From Chiloscyllium plagiosum (Eukaryota), in NCBI RefSeq assembly GCF_004010195.1, contig NC_057753.1, positions 9,133,549 to 9,153,548 of the forward strand: a DNA stretch of 20,000 bases, in the 5' to 3' direction. Both the position numbers and the translations under genes were made by a program. Numbering within the stretch: position 1 is the first letter of the stretch; every line of letters starts with the position of its first letter. Under the pieces are notes generated by a model. That model saw only the letters and a list, made by a program, of their open reading frames with translations, ran no database searches and was not told the origin of the DNA. Positions 8,460 through 19,330 of the stretch are shown here, piece after piece.

Positions 8460-8975
8460 GGAGACAGTCTCATCGTATGGATAGATGATTGGCTAACCAA
8501 TGATACAGTAGGGATAAGGGGGATGTTCAGGTTCGCAACTTGTAACTCGCAATGTGCCACAGGGATCAGTGCTGGGGCCAAAATTATTTACAATATGGAT
8601 ATGAATTACTTGGATAAGTGAAGTGAATGTACTATTGCCAAGACTGCAGTAGAGACAGTTGATTGGAATGCAGGTGGTGAGGGTGACATGGAGAGGGACA
8701 TAGGCATGTTAAGCAAATGAGCAAAACCTTGGCCGATAGAATAGAATGTTGGAAAATGAGGTTGTGCACTTTACCAGGCGGAAAAGTCCTGAAAGTTAAA
8801 TGGACAAAGCTGCTGAATAGGAGGATTTGGAAGCTAGAGTCAATGAACTCTTCATCAAAGTTCAGTGAGTAATAGGGAAGGCAAAAGGGAGATTGGCCTT
8901 TAAATGGAGTATAAATGTAGGGAGGTTATAGAAGAGGTTTTGATTGAAAGTGCAGTGAAGATTCAACCAGCTGAC
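8460..8975 (+). mobile_element. CR1 LINE reverse transcriptase, heavily degraded
   Basis: WIDDWL...VPQGSVLGPKLFTI motif followed by decayed RT sequence. Confidence 0.85.
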
Positions 8976-8989
8976 AGTGGATCTGAATC

Positions 8990-9194
8990 ACATGTGGATC
9001 AGACCAGTTTCGGACAGCAGGAAACCAGATAAGTTTTTACAACAAACCACAACGATTTCATCATTAGACTCTTAATTCCAGATTTATGTTGAATTCAGAT
9101 TCCACCATCTGCCGTGGCAGGTTTTGAACCCAGGTCCCCAGAACATTACCTGGGTGAATAGTCTGGTGACAATAAAGTCGGCCATCGCCTCCCC
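8990..9194 (-). mobile_element. tRNA-derived SINE (second family)
   Basis: Minus strand GGAGGCGATGGCC...GGGGACCTGGGTTCAAAACCTGCCACGGCAGATGGTGGAAT. Related to 10790-11122. Confidence 0.75.
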
Positions 9195-9344
9195 TGAACA
9201 CATTGGATTATTGTGTTTAGAGGAAACAAAGGAGCAAAGGTTTCAGCAGCTGCTAAGTTGTTGATATTACACAAGGGAACATCAGCACACTCAGTAATGG
9301 CACATACTGAAGCCAGGGTCCTGTATCAGAGTTAAGGGCTCGGG

Positions 9345-9510
9345 AACCATAAGAAATAGGAACAGGAATACGCCATTCAGCACCTTGAGCTTGCTCCTCT
9401 ATTCAGTAGGATCGTGGCTGATCTGACATTCCCCACATCCACTTTCCTGCCCTTTACCTGTAACTGTTCATCCCCCGACTGTTCACGAATCTATCGATCC
9501 TGGTTTTAAA
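9345..9510 (-). mobile_element. CR1 LINE 3' UTR
   Basis: CATAAGAAATAGGAACAGGAATACGCCATTCAGC...GATCGTGGCTGATCT, the reverse complement of the tail type at 17700-17840. Confidence 0.75.
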
Positions 9511-9519
9511 TGTGACATG

Positions 9520-10020
9520 AAGGCTGTCAACAGAGTTACTGGCGTTGGAGGTCGGGGAGGTGGTGGGGGAAGCGGGGGGTCAGGTCGAACTTGGGGACTA
9601 AAACAAAGGCTCCATACTTCATAATATTTAACTAAGGGAATGTTTATGGTTATCCAATGCTGGAAATCGGGCAGACATTCAGATGAAATTATTGGTTACT
9701 TATGAAAGACAGAGGTATAGGGAGAGAAGTGGTGTTGAGGCACATTTGGATATCATCAGTATAGATGACAACACCAGCAGCTACGGTTCAACAAATAAGA
9801 ACGGAAGACGCTAAAAGCAGACCCTCCCAGAGGATACAGCGATTTTGGAGAGGGTCAGTACTGTCGTTAACCCTGATCAAGGCTGACCGCAGGTCGACGA
9901 GGGAATGTTTATCCCTATCACCGTTACAAAGGATGTCAAATATGACCTTGATAAGAACTGTTTCAGGGGTAGAAACCTGACTCGAGGGCATTCAACACAG
10001 AATTCTGGAAAAGGTGGGAA
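9520..10020 (-). mobile_element. L2 LINE reverse transcriptase, heavily degraded
   Basis: Minus strand ETVLIKVIFDILCNGDRDKHSL (compare STETALIKVTNDIL) and YTDDIQ (compare YADDTQ). Confidence 0.75.
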
Positions 10021-10289
10021 TGGCTAATTCAACAATGTTAAATGCAAACCAACACTTCCATTGGTGCGATAATAAAAGAAGTGTTTTGTTTTTTATTTAG
10101 ATGATTCTCAGCAATACTGAGTAAGAAGCAACAAAATTAACACAAGAAATACTGCAATTGCTACAATGTGCCTGCTCCCAATAGGAGGCCACCTGGTGTT
10201 CACTTAACTGTCTACAAGGGGCAATATTGGAAAGGAATGACCCAGTTCATAGCTATAAGAGGGGAGACACAGACTGCTTGATGCAATGG

Positions 10290-10540
10290 GCGGGAGTAGG
10301 CCACTCGGCCCTTCGACCCTGCTGCAACATTCAATAAGATCATGGCTGATCTGAATTCAACCTCAACTCTACATTCCTACACATCCCCGACAATCTGTCA
10401 TCCACTTGGTTATCAAGAACCTATCTACCTCTGCCGTATAAATTTTGAATTCACTGCATTTTGAGGAAGACACACAACCATCAGAAAGAAGAAAAAATCA
10501 TCCTCATTTTTGTCTTCTACTTTTAAAATATGACCCTCTC
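10290..10540 (-). mobile_element. CR1 LINE 3' end
   Basis: GGAGTAGGCCACTCGGCCCTTCGA...CATTCAATAAGATCATGGCTGATCTG. Confidence 0.7.
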
Positions 10541-10789
10541 CTTTCAGATATTAAGATAAGGAAACAACCTGCATTGAAATAATACCTATGGTCCAGTTAA
10601 CTATCTCAAAGTGCTTCACGTGGACATAATGAGAATTCCTTTAAAAATCACAAGACCGGAGCACAGATTAGGACAGGTGACCAAAGACTTGGTCAATGGG
10701 GGAGGTTTAGGGCAATCTTTTAAACAGGTTCAATTTCCCAAACATCAGAGGACAAAGACGTAAAGAGCAAACACAAAATAGCAAAGGAT

Positions 10790-11122
10790 GGGAAGCAGCA
10801 GTGTGGACATAATGTCACAGGACGAGTAATCCAGGGAACATGAGTTCAAATCCCACAACAGCAAGAGGTGAGATCTGAATAATTCAAATCATAAACGGGG
10901 AACACAAAATTAGTCTCAGTATGGTATCGATGGCACTGACGTCAATTGCCATAAAAGCTCATGTTCACCATTGTCCTTTCAGCAGGCAAACCGCCATCCT
11001 TACCTGGTCTGGCTTACATGTGACTCCAGACCCACAGCAATGTGGTTGACTCTTAAATTACCCTCTGAATTGGCATAAGCAAGACACCTTGCACTTAAGG
11101 ATGGATAACAAACATCAACCTT
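10790..11122 (+). mobile_element. tRNA-derived SINE (second family) with L2-type tail
   Basis: B-box-like GAGTTCAAATCCC and core CCTTACCTGGTCTGGCTTACATGTGACTCCAGACCCACAGCAATGTGGTTGACTCTTAA. Confidence 0.8.
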
Positions 11123-11134
11123 GTGAAAGTGTCA

Positions 11135-11345
11135 GAACAGAAATTGCTGGAGAAACTCAGCCAGTCTGGCAACACCGGTGGAGAGAGAGAGAAAGAAACA
11201 GAGTCAGAACAGTTGTGAAGAATGGTCAAAGCACTTGAAATGCTAACTCTGCTTCTCTATCCACTTGTGTTTCCAGTCCTATTGAGTTTCTCCAGCAATT
11301 TATGCATTTTTGTGTTTCAGATCTCCAGCATCTGCAGTTCTTCAT
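11135..11345. mobile_element. Fold-back Penelope-tail element
   Basis: Perfect 19-bp inverted repeat at 11141-11159 / 11283-11301, extended imperfectly inward. A hammerhead-like remnant sits in the centre. Confidence 0.8.
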
Positions 11346-11957
11346 TTCACTGACTTAGGGAAGCTCAAATCCGATAAAAGAATAAAGCAGAAGGGATGGA
11401 ATTACTCGGCAAGTCTGGCAGCAGCTATGGAGATAAAAACAGTTAGTTCTTCGGGTCATTGAATGATCGTCCATCAGGGACAAACTTTTGGGGAAGCTGC
11501 AAGAGTAAAAGGCACTGGTGTAACTTCAACATCTGGGAGAACTCTCTCAGCCTTGGTGGTCAGACTGACTCAGCATTCTGGTTCTGTTCATTACCTGTTA
11601 ACTTCTCCAATTGTTGTTCTTGTTATATTTCTACATCGTTGACACATTCCTATGTTTAAAAATGATATTCCAAACAGACAGGAATTTTCCATGTAAGTAA
11701 TCATACATTAGAGAGTTTCTAACGTGAATGTAACTTTTAAACAAAATGTATTTTTTCATGCATGGGGTGTGGGCATCGCTGGCAATGCCTGCACTTATAC
11801 CATCCTTAACCACCATGTGGTTGGTTGGAAAAGCGAATGAAGGTGTCTGAGAGTGTCTTGATCAGCACAGCAATCTCAAAGATGGGTATGCTCAGACAGA
11901 AGTCCCCTCCACTCCCACAGCAACTCTGCATTCACTTAAATTACAGATGCCATCGAA

Positions 11958-12178
11958 AACTCACAGGACAATGACAACATGGGATTACAATCAGAATAAA
12001 GCTTCCTCTACTCTAAATTGAAAGTGAAGCTACCTCAACACTGTCCCCAACAAACACTGCCAATACAGAGACAGCACTGGGTTACATACTGAGTAAAACT
12101 CCCTCAACACTTCCCCATTCATACAGTCCCAGGACAATGACAGCAAAGGGTTAAATAACAGTAGAGCTTCTTCCATTA
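11958..12178 (+). repeat. Degraded ~68-bp tandem repeat (about 3 units)
   Basis: Recurring CAGGACA..GACAGCA..GGGTTA...AGTAAAGCTCCCTC.ACACTGTCCCC unit. Confidence 0.7.
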
Positions 12179-12824
12179 TGACTGAAACTTAGTACGTTCT
12201 ACACCAATCCTCAAGGATAATTCAGAACTGAGACTATTATCTGGTCCTGAATTCACACACCCTAATGGGAATGACAGCAACAGAAAATCAGGTAAAACAC
12301 ACACAATGTTCAACAAAGCTAGACTGTTATTGGGATCTAAGATATTTAAATGACAGGAGACATGGTCCCTGCAATGATCCGAATGTGAGCTGAACAACTT
12401 TCTCACTTGAACAATATTCTCTGGGAATGCAATGTCCACCTCACTGCTTCTATTCAGTTCCTCTGCTCTCGGTCAGGGCTGTTTTGCGGCTGACCACATG
12501 GTGGCGGGGGCGTCAAGAGGTTAGACAATTAAGGTCAACTTGGATTGAGGGCATCCTGTGTCATGCCAGTGAGGTCGAGGGTCGCTGATTTACTCAACTT
12601 ATAATCGGGGACGAGGGGATGTCAGGCTGGGCTTGTATCAGTTTGAGTTTAGAAGAAACAGATGATCTGATGAAGCTGTATAACATCTGGAGAGGACTTA
12701 ATGTAAATGTAATGTCCACTCATTTCTAGCCAGAGACTTGCCTCTCATTTAAGATAGGACAGTTTTGTTTTTCTCTCAAGTGTTCCCGAGTCTTTGAAAT
12801 TCACTTTTTTAGATAGCAGCATGT

Positions 12825-13062
12825 GGTGGTGGCACGGTGGTTAGCACTCGGGCCGACTGTCTGTGTGGAGTTTGCACATTCTCCCCTTGTGTCTGTGTGA
12901 GTTTCCTCTGGTGCTCTGGCATCCTCCCACAGTCCAAAGGATGTGCAGGTGAGGGTAGATTGACCATGGGAGATGCAGGGTTACAGAGATAGGGTAACAA
13001 ACTGGGTCTGGGTGGGACGGTCAGTCAATGTTGACTCGATGGGCTGAATGGCCTCCTTGCTC
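12825..13062 (+). mobile_element. HE1/V-SINE-like SINE with deleted head
   Basis: V-domain-like GTCTGTGTGGAGTTTGCACATTCTCCCC...GTGCTCTGGCATCCTCCCACAGTCCAAAG and tail GATGGGCTGAATGGCCTCC. Confidence 0.88.
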
Positions 13063-13593
13063 GCAATTGACCTATATCAATCAATAGTATACACTTGCTT
13101 TATGGTTACCGACATGAAATTACATTCGTGGTTTTGGTTATTTCATCTATTACGTCATCATATTCAACCAACTGCAACATCTCGAAACTTGCTTAATTAC
13201 AATATCCAATATCAGCAGAGTACTTTTTCTTTTTGTCACGACCATTATCTTGAAATCTGACGTGTGACCACTTTATTGCTCTCAAAGTTCCTTATTTGTC
13301 CCTACATTGTCATGGTTTTACTTTGTCGAATGTCTTCCTGGCTTTTGCAGTTAAGACCCTATATTCTGCCCTCGTCAACACTTTCCCTTCCAATTCTGTA
13401 CTCAGGATTTCATGAAAACCCGAAGAGTGTGGTGAGACTGTGGAACTCACTACCATAGTGAATAGTTGGGGTGAAAGACATTACAACTAAGGGTAAGCAA
13501 CCCAGTACAAATGCGTGTCACTGTCATCAGATTCACAACACAGTGAAATTAATACATGCAATGTCCCTCAATTTCTCAACTCTTCCTAACCAG

Positions 13594-14782
13594 ACTTGAT
13601 GAAGAACAGATCTTGCACATCAACATTATAATTTAAACAAAAACCAACAATTATAAATACGGCAACTTTTCTAGGGCAAAGTTAAGTAGATAATTTAATT
13701 AATAGCAATGATTTAAACCCTTTGATCAAGTCCCCCATCATCTCAGAGACAGAAGTTTAAGCGGCAAATTGAGAAAGAATTTTTTTTAAAACTTACCAAT
13801 TCAAATAAACAGTTTCCAACAATGTATTGCCAAGTCTTTGTGCAATACTTGGACTATGAGGTTTTCACAGACACGTAACTGTAAATCTAATTTAAAAGTC
13901 ACTGCTGAATGTGAATAGACACCCCAAAGTATTCAGCCATTTCTTTCAGGCTGGGACTCATTCCCAGAAAGTGCCAACAATTCTTTAAATGGACAGTAGA
14001 ATCTAGAGAGAACAGTTCCTGGGCTCAACAAGCAGCAACGCCCAATGGAAGAAAAGTTGGCGGCGGGGCAGGGCGGGCCAAGGGCATAAAACAAAAAAGG
14101 CCACTGACTCTCCCACTGCACACACACACTGTCAGAATGCACAGGGGCTCAGTCCTGGGAGTGACCCACTGCAGTTTCATCAAGAGGACCACACTTGATG
14201 AACAGATCTTGCACACCAGAGTTATAATTTAAACAAGAACAAACAATTATGAATACCGCAAATTTACTAGGGCAAAGTTAAACAAGACAATCCAGGAAAT
14301 AGCAATGATTTAAGCCTTATGATCAAGTCCTCCACCATCCCATAGACACAAAATTAAGGGGTAAATTAAGGAAGAGAATTTTTAAAATTATCAATTGAAG
14401 CAATCAGTTCCCAACAATGGAATGCCAAGCAGTTGGGCAATCATTCGATGATGAGTTGTTCACAGGCACATAACCGTAAATTTAATTTCAAAGTCACTGC
14501 TGAATGTGAATGGACACCCTGAAGTATTCAGCTATTTCTTACAGACTGGAGCTCGTTCCCAGACAGAGCCAATAATTCTTTAACTGGACAGAAAACACTA
14601 AAGAGAACAGCTCCTGGTCTCAACGAGCAGCAGTGCCCACTGGAAGCAAAGTTGCGGTGGTGGGGGAGCACGATCTCATAAAACAAAAAAATCTGACCGA
14701 CTCTCCCGCTATAAGCTCTGTCAGAATGGGCAGGGGTTCAGTCCTGGCAGTGACCCACAGCAGTTTCACCAGCAGAATCAGA
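13594..14782. repeat. Old tandem duplication, two ~599-bp units, covering the ZNF stop codon and 3' flank
   Basis: ACTTGATGAA..CAGATCTTGCACA occurs at 13594 and 14193. AAAGTCACTGCTGAATGTGAAT is present in both units, which are collinear throughout. Confidence 0.95.
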
Positions 14783-16099
14783 TTGTTGGGAGCACTGGTG
14801 TGCCAGCTGGTGCTTCTGGAAGGTGCAGAATGATGAGAACCTCCGCCTGCACTCGGGGCAGGTGAACTGCCTCTCCCTGGTATGTCCCCGCCTGTGCCTC
14901 AGCAGGTGGGAGGATTTGCTGAAGGCCTTCCCGCATTCTGGGCAGGGGAAGGGCCTCTCCCCCGTATGGATCCGAAGGTGGCATGCCTGGGTAAAGCACT
15001 ATTGGCACTTAAGGCAGGAGAACGGGCTCTCCCCGGTGTGGACCCGCTGGTGCCTCAGCAGGGCAGAGGTATTGGAGCAGCTGAAGGGCTTCTCTAATAT
15101 GTGGACCCGGCTGTGGGTCAACAGGACGGAGGAATAGCTGAAGGCTTTCCCGCATTCGGGGCAGGCGAATGGCCTCTCGCCTGTGTGGACCCGCTGGTGC
15201 CTCTGCAGAAAGGAGGAACTGCTGAAGGACTTCCCGCACTTGGGACATCCCCCCTGTGTGGACCCCCGAGTGCCTCAGCAAGCGGGAGGAATTGCTGAAG
15301 GCCTTTCCGCACTCGGGGCAGGCGAAAGGCCTATCGCCCGTGTGGACCCGCTGGTGCCTCTGCAGTACAGAGGAATAGCTGAAGGCCTTCCCGCATTCGG
15401 GGCAGGAGAATGGCCGCTCGCCTGTGTGGAGCCGCTGGTACCTCTGCAGTACAGAGGAATTGCTGAAGGTCTTCCCGCACTCAGGGCAGCTGAAGGTCCT
15501 CTCTCTAATGTGGACCCACTGATGGCTCATCAGGTCGGTGGAATTGCTGAAGCCCATTCCGCACTCAGAGCAGGAAAACAGTCTCTCCCCCGTGTGACTG
15601 CGCCCATGAGTCTCCAGGTCAGATGGGAAACGGAAGCCTTTCCCACAGTCGCCACACTTCCACGGTTTCTCCACGGGACGGGATTCCTTAGGTTTCTCCA
15701 TGACCGAAGCTTCATCTGCACACAAACGCGTGTACATCACCTCTCTGCCGTGAATTCCACCTCCCAGTCTGTATAACATTTTCTGGCTCCACAACCAGCA
15801 ACAGTAGTGTCTCTCTTCCAGTCTCACTGATGTTGAAAACGTACTGAAATAGGAACCAAAAAGCTTGGTTCCTTCTCACAGAATCATGGTCGAAAATTGT
15901 TATAGTCCCGATGGATTCAGTGACTGTCAGACATTGACGTGAAATTGAGGACTGCCAATGCTGAAAGGTCAGAGTCAAAGTGCAATGCTGGAAAATCACA
16001 GCAGATCAGGCAGCATCTGAGGCGCAGTCGAGACAATGTTTCAGGCAAAGCCCTTCATCTATTGATATTGAAACTTCCGTCTTCATATCTTCAAATAAT
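14738..16099 (-). pseudogene. C2H2 zinc-finger gene exon, disrupted (about 11 finger units, no KRAB visible)
   Basis: MEKP..EKPWKCGDCGKGF starts at ATG 15701 and five fingers stay in frame. Lesions: frameshifting linker deletion near 15250, finger deletions, and TAG at 14999-15001. The original stop is at 14738-14740 (AVGHCQD*). A putative acceptor TCTCTTCTTACAG ends at 16100. Confidence 0.92.
15942..16060 (-). mobile_element. Penelope tail fragment inserted in the ZNF exon
   Basis: GCTGGAAAATCACAGCAGATCAGGCAGCATC...GTTTCAGGCAAAGCCCTTCATC is homologous to 2014-2135. Confidence 0.8.
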
Positions 16100-16570
16100 C
16101 TGTAAGAAGAGATTACAAAAATCATCACTGTCAGTCCAGGTTAGAAATTCCAAACAAGCAATTCTACTTTCCGCAGAACATTCTTTTCTTTTTCCACAAA
16201 AGTGAAAGCACCATCCCACCCCCTCTCACCCCTCTACACTCACTCCGCTCAAGCTAATTCTCCCGATGGTACTGAGTCAGGAACTTACAGAGACCGAAAA
16301 GTGAAAACATCAAGACAGACACCTCGAAATTTTGGATACCTCCACCTGAAAGTTAGTATCTTTCACGACATCTAGGAGTGAGTAAGTCTGATTTTGGGAA
16401 GCAAAAAAAGTATCAATTCAGGATGAACCTTCAATGCAGTTTCTTGAGAAACAACCAGACACGGAATGGTTAACATCTGGGGAGGTGGAGGAAATGAGAT
16501 ATCAAGGCATTGGCACCGACACCAGACAGAAACTGAACATACAGGCATGGCAAACATTACATGGCAAGCC

Positions 16571-16939
16571 AGAGTCATAGAGATACACAACACAAAAACA
16601 GGTCCTTCGAATCAACTCATCCCTGCCGACCAGATAGCCTAAATTAATCTCGTCTCATTTACCAGCACTTGGCCCATATCCCTCTGAACTCTTCCTATTC
16701 ATATACCCATCCAGACGACTTTTGAATGTTATAATTGGACCTACATCCGCTACTTCCTCCGGCAGATCATGCCTTACACTTGCCTCCCTCACTCCAAACA
16801 TATTACCCTCCTGTTCTGGCCTTCTCCCATCCATGGGAAATGACCTTGTCTATTTAACCTATCCATGCCGCGCATGACTCTATAAACGTCTGTAAGGTCA
16901 CCCCTCAGCCTCTGGTATACCGGGGAAAACAGCTCAAGC
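16571..16939 (-). mobile_element. CR1 LINE 3' end
   Basis: Minus strand LELFSPVYQRLRGDLTDVYRVMRGMDRLN plus 3' UTR. Confidence 0.85.
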
Positions 16940-17070
16940 AATGCACTGCGTGTACTTTTAGCTTCACACTCGCTGAACCTTCCTCCCGTGTAAAACATTG
17001 CTTCCCTCCTCAACACTGCCCATGGGAAAAGCCAAGAGTGCTGAGACTCTGGAGTTGGGGGCATGCCACG

Positions 17071-17402
17071 TAGAATTCCTACAATGTGGAAACACGCCAT
17101 TCAGCCCAACAAGTCCACACAGACCATCCAAAGTGTAACCCATGCATACAACTTGCCCTATCCCATTACACTACACTACACTACACTAACTGCACACTCT
17201 GGGCCCATTTAGTATGGTCACTTCTCCCGAAACCGCACATCGTTAGACTTTGGGAGGAAACCAGAGCAGCCGGAGGAAACCCACGCAGGCACGGCAGGGA
17301 GAATGGGCAAACTCCACACAGACAGTCGCCCCAAGGCTGGAATGGAACGCCAATCCTTGGTGCTGTGAGGCAGCAGTGCTCACCACTGGTCCATCGTGCT
17401 AC
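17071..17402 (-). mobile_element. HE1/V-SINE-like SINE, near full length
   Basis: Same head, core and tail as 5063-5352, with an internal (TACAC)4. Confidence 0.88.
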
Positions 17403-17609
17403 GTACGTGTGCAAAAAGAGGTGGGGAGTGGGAACTTTGTTAATTGGACCACACAGTGGATTGTTGAGTAAGGTTAAATCTCAGGGGATCCAGGGAGAGC
17501 TAACCAACGGGGTACAAAATTTAGAAGCGCGTTGTTGTAGGTGCTGGAATTCTACCTGAAAACAACAAATGCTGAAGATCACAGTGGGTCAGGCAGCGCT
17601 GTGCTACAC

Positions 17610-17842
17610 TATGACTGGATAGTGAGGATGTGGAGATGATGGTTCCACTAGGGAGAAGGGTTGAGGATGCCAAGTCATTGAGGGCATTTAAGACAGAGAT
17701 AGGTTCTTGATTAGTAAGGGGTCAAGGGTTATGAGGAGAAGGCAGCAGAATGGGATGGAGAAATATATCAGCCATGATCGACTGGTGGAGCAGACTCGAT
17801 GGGCCAAATGGCCTCATCCTACTCCTGTGTATTATGGTCTTA
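17610..17842 (+). mobile_element. CR1 LINE 3' end
   Basis: CATTTAAGACAGAGATAGGTTCTTGATTAGTAAGGGG...GGAGCAGACTCGATGGGCCAAATGGCCT. Confidence 0.78.
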
Positions 17843-17885
17843 AAGCAGAGCAGTAGTCTTAAGAAGTTCTCACAAACTACTTCAG

Positions 17886-18020
17886 AATCCTGAAGAGGAG
17901 TTGTTGGACTGAAAACCTTAACTCTGCTTTCTCTCCACATATGCTTCCAGTCCTGCTGAGTTTTTCCAATGTTGTCAGTTTTTGTTTCAGATTTCCAGCA
18001 TCCACAGTTCTTTGTCTTAT
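17886..18020 (+). mobile_element. Penelope tail fragment with hammerhead-like core
   Basis: CTGAAGA (17890-17896)...GAAA (17911-17914), followed by CTGCTGAGTTTTTCCA...CAGATTTCCAGCATC. Confidence 0.75.
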
Positions 18021-18279
18021 TTATCACAGTCATTTCTTGCCCTTCCCAAGTGTCTGGAACTTCATCTCCCTGATCTGCAAACTGTTCACTTACCCTAGAA
18101 ATGACCACTGCCTCCTTATCAGAATAGACCCCTTTGTTGCAAAATGATTGTTCAATTCTGTGACCAAAATAATTGCATTCGTGATTACTTACACCAGGGA
18201 CTCTCAATATCTCAGGCAAGAACACAGCCAGATTATTTCAGACAGTACATTTATGTGATTTGATAAAAATCCCTATTCC

Positions 18280-18415
18280 CAACTTTACCAGCGTGCTGCT
18301 GGGAATGGAGGGTTTGAGTTAAGAAGAAGCTGGGACATTTTTCCAACGGAGCCTAGCAAGTTGACACATAACTTTATCGAGATTTTTAAACTCAGGATGG
18401 GTATCGATAAGGTGT
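18280..18415 (+). mobile_element. CR1 LINE ORF2 fragment, degraded
   Basis: TTTACCAGCGTGCTGCTGGGAATGGAGGGTTTGAGTTA parallels 5490-5630. Confidence 0.6.
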
Positions 18416-18687
18416 CATTTCCTGGAGGCTCAGAATATTTTATTGCTCCAGAAGGTGTAAAAGGGGGTCAAGATTTAGCAGAAATCGAACAGAGCTGAGA
18501 ACAGACAACATTTAACTCTGTGGGAACAGGGAGACCAGAGGACAGAGAAATCAGGACCTGAAATCCGAGCTGACACCAGACTACCATGTTATCAGTGCTT
18601 TGACAATGGTAATCCTGGGCGGGGCAGGTTGAATTATGAATTGAATAGTAGCTTCCTCAACGAGACTGTGCCGGGCGCTCTGGGCGT

Positions 18688-18761
18688 GTCTCTGTGGCGC
18701 AACTGGTCAGCGCATTCGGCTGTGAACTGGAAGGTTGGTGGTTCGAGACTACCCAGAGACG
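18688..18761 (+). tRNA. tRNA with Asn-type body and GTG (His) anticodon
   Basis: Acceptor GTCTCTG/CAGAGAC pairs 7/7, D stem GCGC/GCGC, anticodon arm TTCGG-CTGTGAA-CTGGA, T arm GGTGG-TTCGAGA-CTACC, discriminator G. The anticodon is at 18722-18724. Confidence 0.88.
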
Positions 18762-18805
18762 GAGCGTTCTCGCTCCTACCGCTTTCTTGGCTGCAAAGAT
18801 CCGCG

Positions 18806-18810
18806 TTTTT
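18806..18810 (+). terminator. Probable Pol III terminator (T5) for the GTG tRNA
   Basis: First run of 4 or more T downstream of 18761. Confidence 0.55.
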
Positions 18811-18898
18811 AATGGTGTCAGGAAAATGTTTCCCATTCGGAAATCTTTTCCACTGAGGAAGCACAAAGGGGTTTCTGGATTGATTGAATTTCTAACGT

Positions 18899-19073
18899 AA
18901 AGGAGTGCGGATGCTGAGAGTCCGAGACAGAAAGCGAAACTGCTGGAGCAACAGAGCAGGTTTGGCTGTACCTGGATGAGGAAACAAAAGTTCCCAAATG
19001 TTGTCTCTGATTCTCTTTCTACAGATGCTGCCTGACCTGCTGAGTTATTCCTGCAATTTCTGGTTTTGTTTTT
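18899..19073. mobile_element. Fold-back Penelope-tail repeat (copy of 391-565)
   Basis: Part of the duplicated block. Confidence 0.6.
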
Positions 19074-19247
19074 AACTGAACGTCCATTTCATCTTTCGGG
19101 ATGAAACACCCAGACCCGCCATTTGCAGATATTTAACCCTTTCGAAACCTGTGAAGTGATTGGATTCAAACAAACTCTGCAATGATTCACTCTTTCTCAG
19201 CTCCACAGGCAGAGAGACCTGGGAAATGAAGCTGTCAGTGTGGTTCT

Positions 19248-19330
19248 GTATTGGTGGGCCGAGTGGTGAATGCGATGGACATGAAATCCATTGCGGTTTC
19301 CCCACGCAGGTGTGAACCCTGCCGACTACA
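19248..19330 (+). pseudogene. tRNA-Ser(TGA) pseudogene, copy B
   Basis: Differs from 740-822 at 4 of 83 sites. It shares U33>A, the extra G and the acceptor mismatches. B box is GGTGTGAA. Confidence 0.92.

Noticed and set aside
9100..9194. A/B-box motifs in SINE heads (also 4697, 5300-5352, 10840, 17340-17400) as tRNA genes
   Set aside because: There is no cloverleaf, and the motifs are contiguous with SINE bodies.
11958..12178. CRISPR-like or functional array
   Set aside because: These are degenerate tandem units without unique spacers, in a vertebrate context with no cas genes.
14823..15776. Long plus-strand ORFs (15183-15776, 14823-15137) and minus ORFs at 4127-4572
   Set aside because: These are antisense shadows of C2H2 finger repeats (typical VWTRWCL/FPHSGQ pattern), not genes.
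17167..17188. (TACAC)4 microsatellite
   Set aside because: Ordinary slippage inside a SINE.
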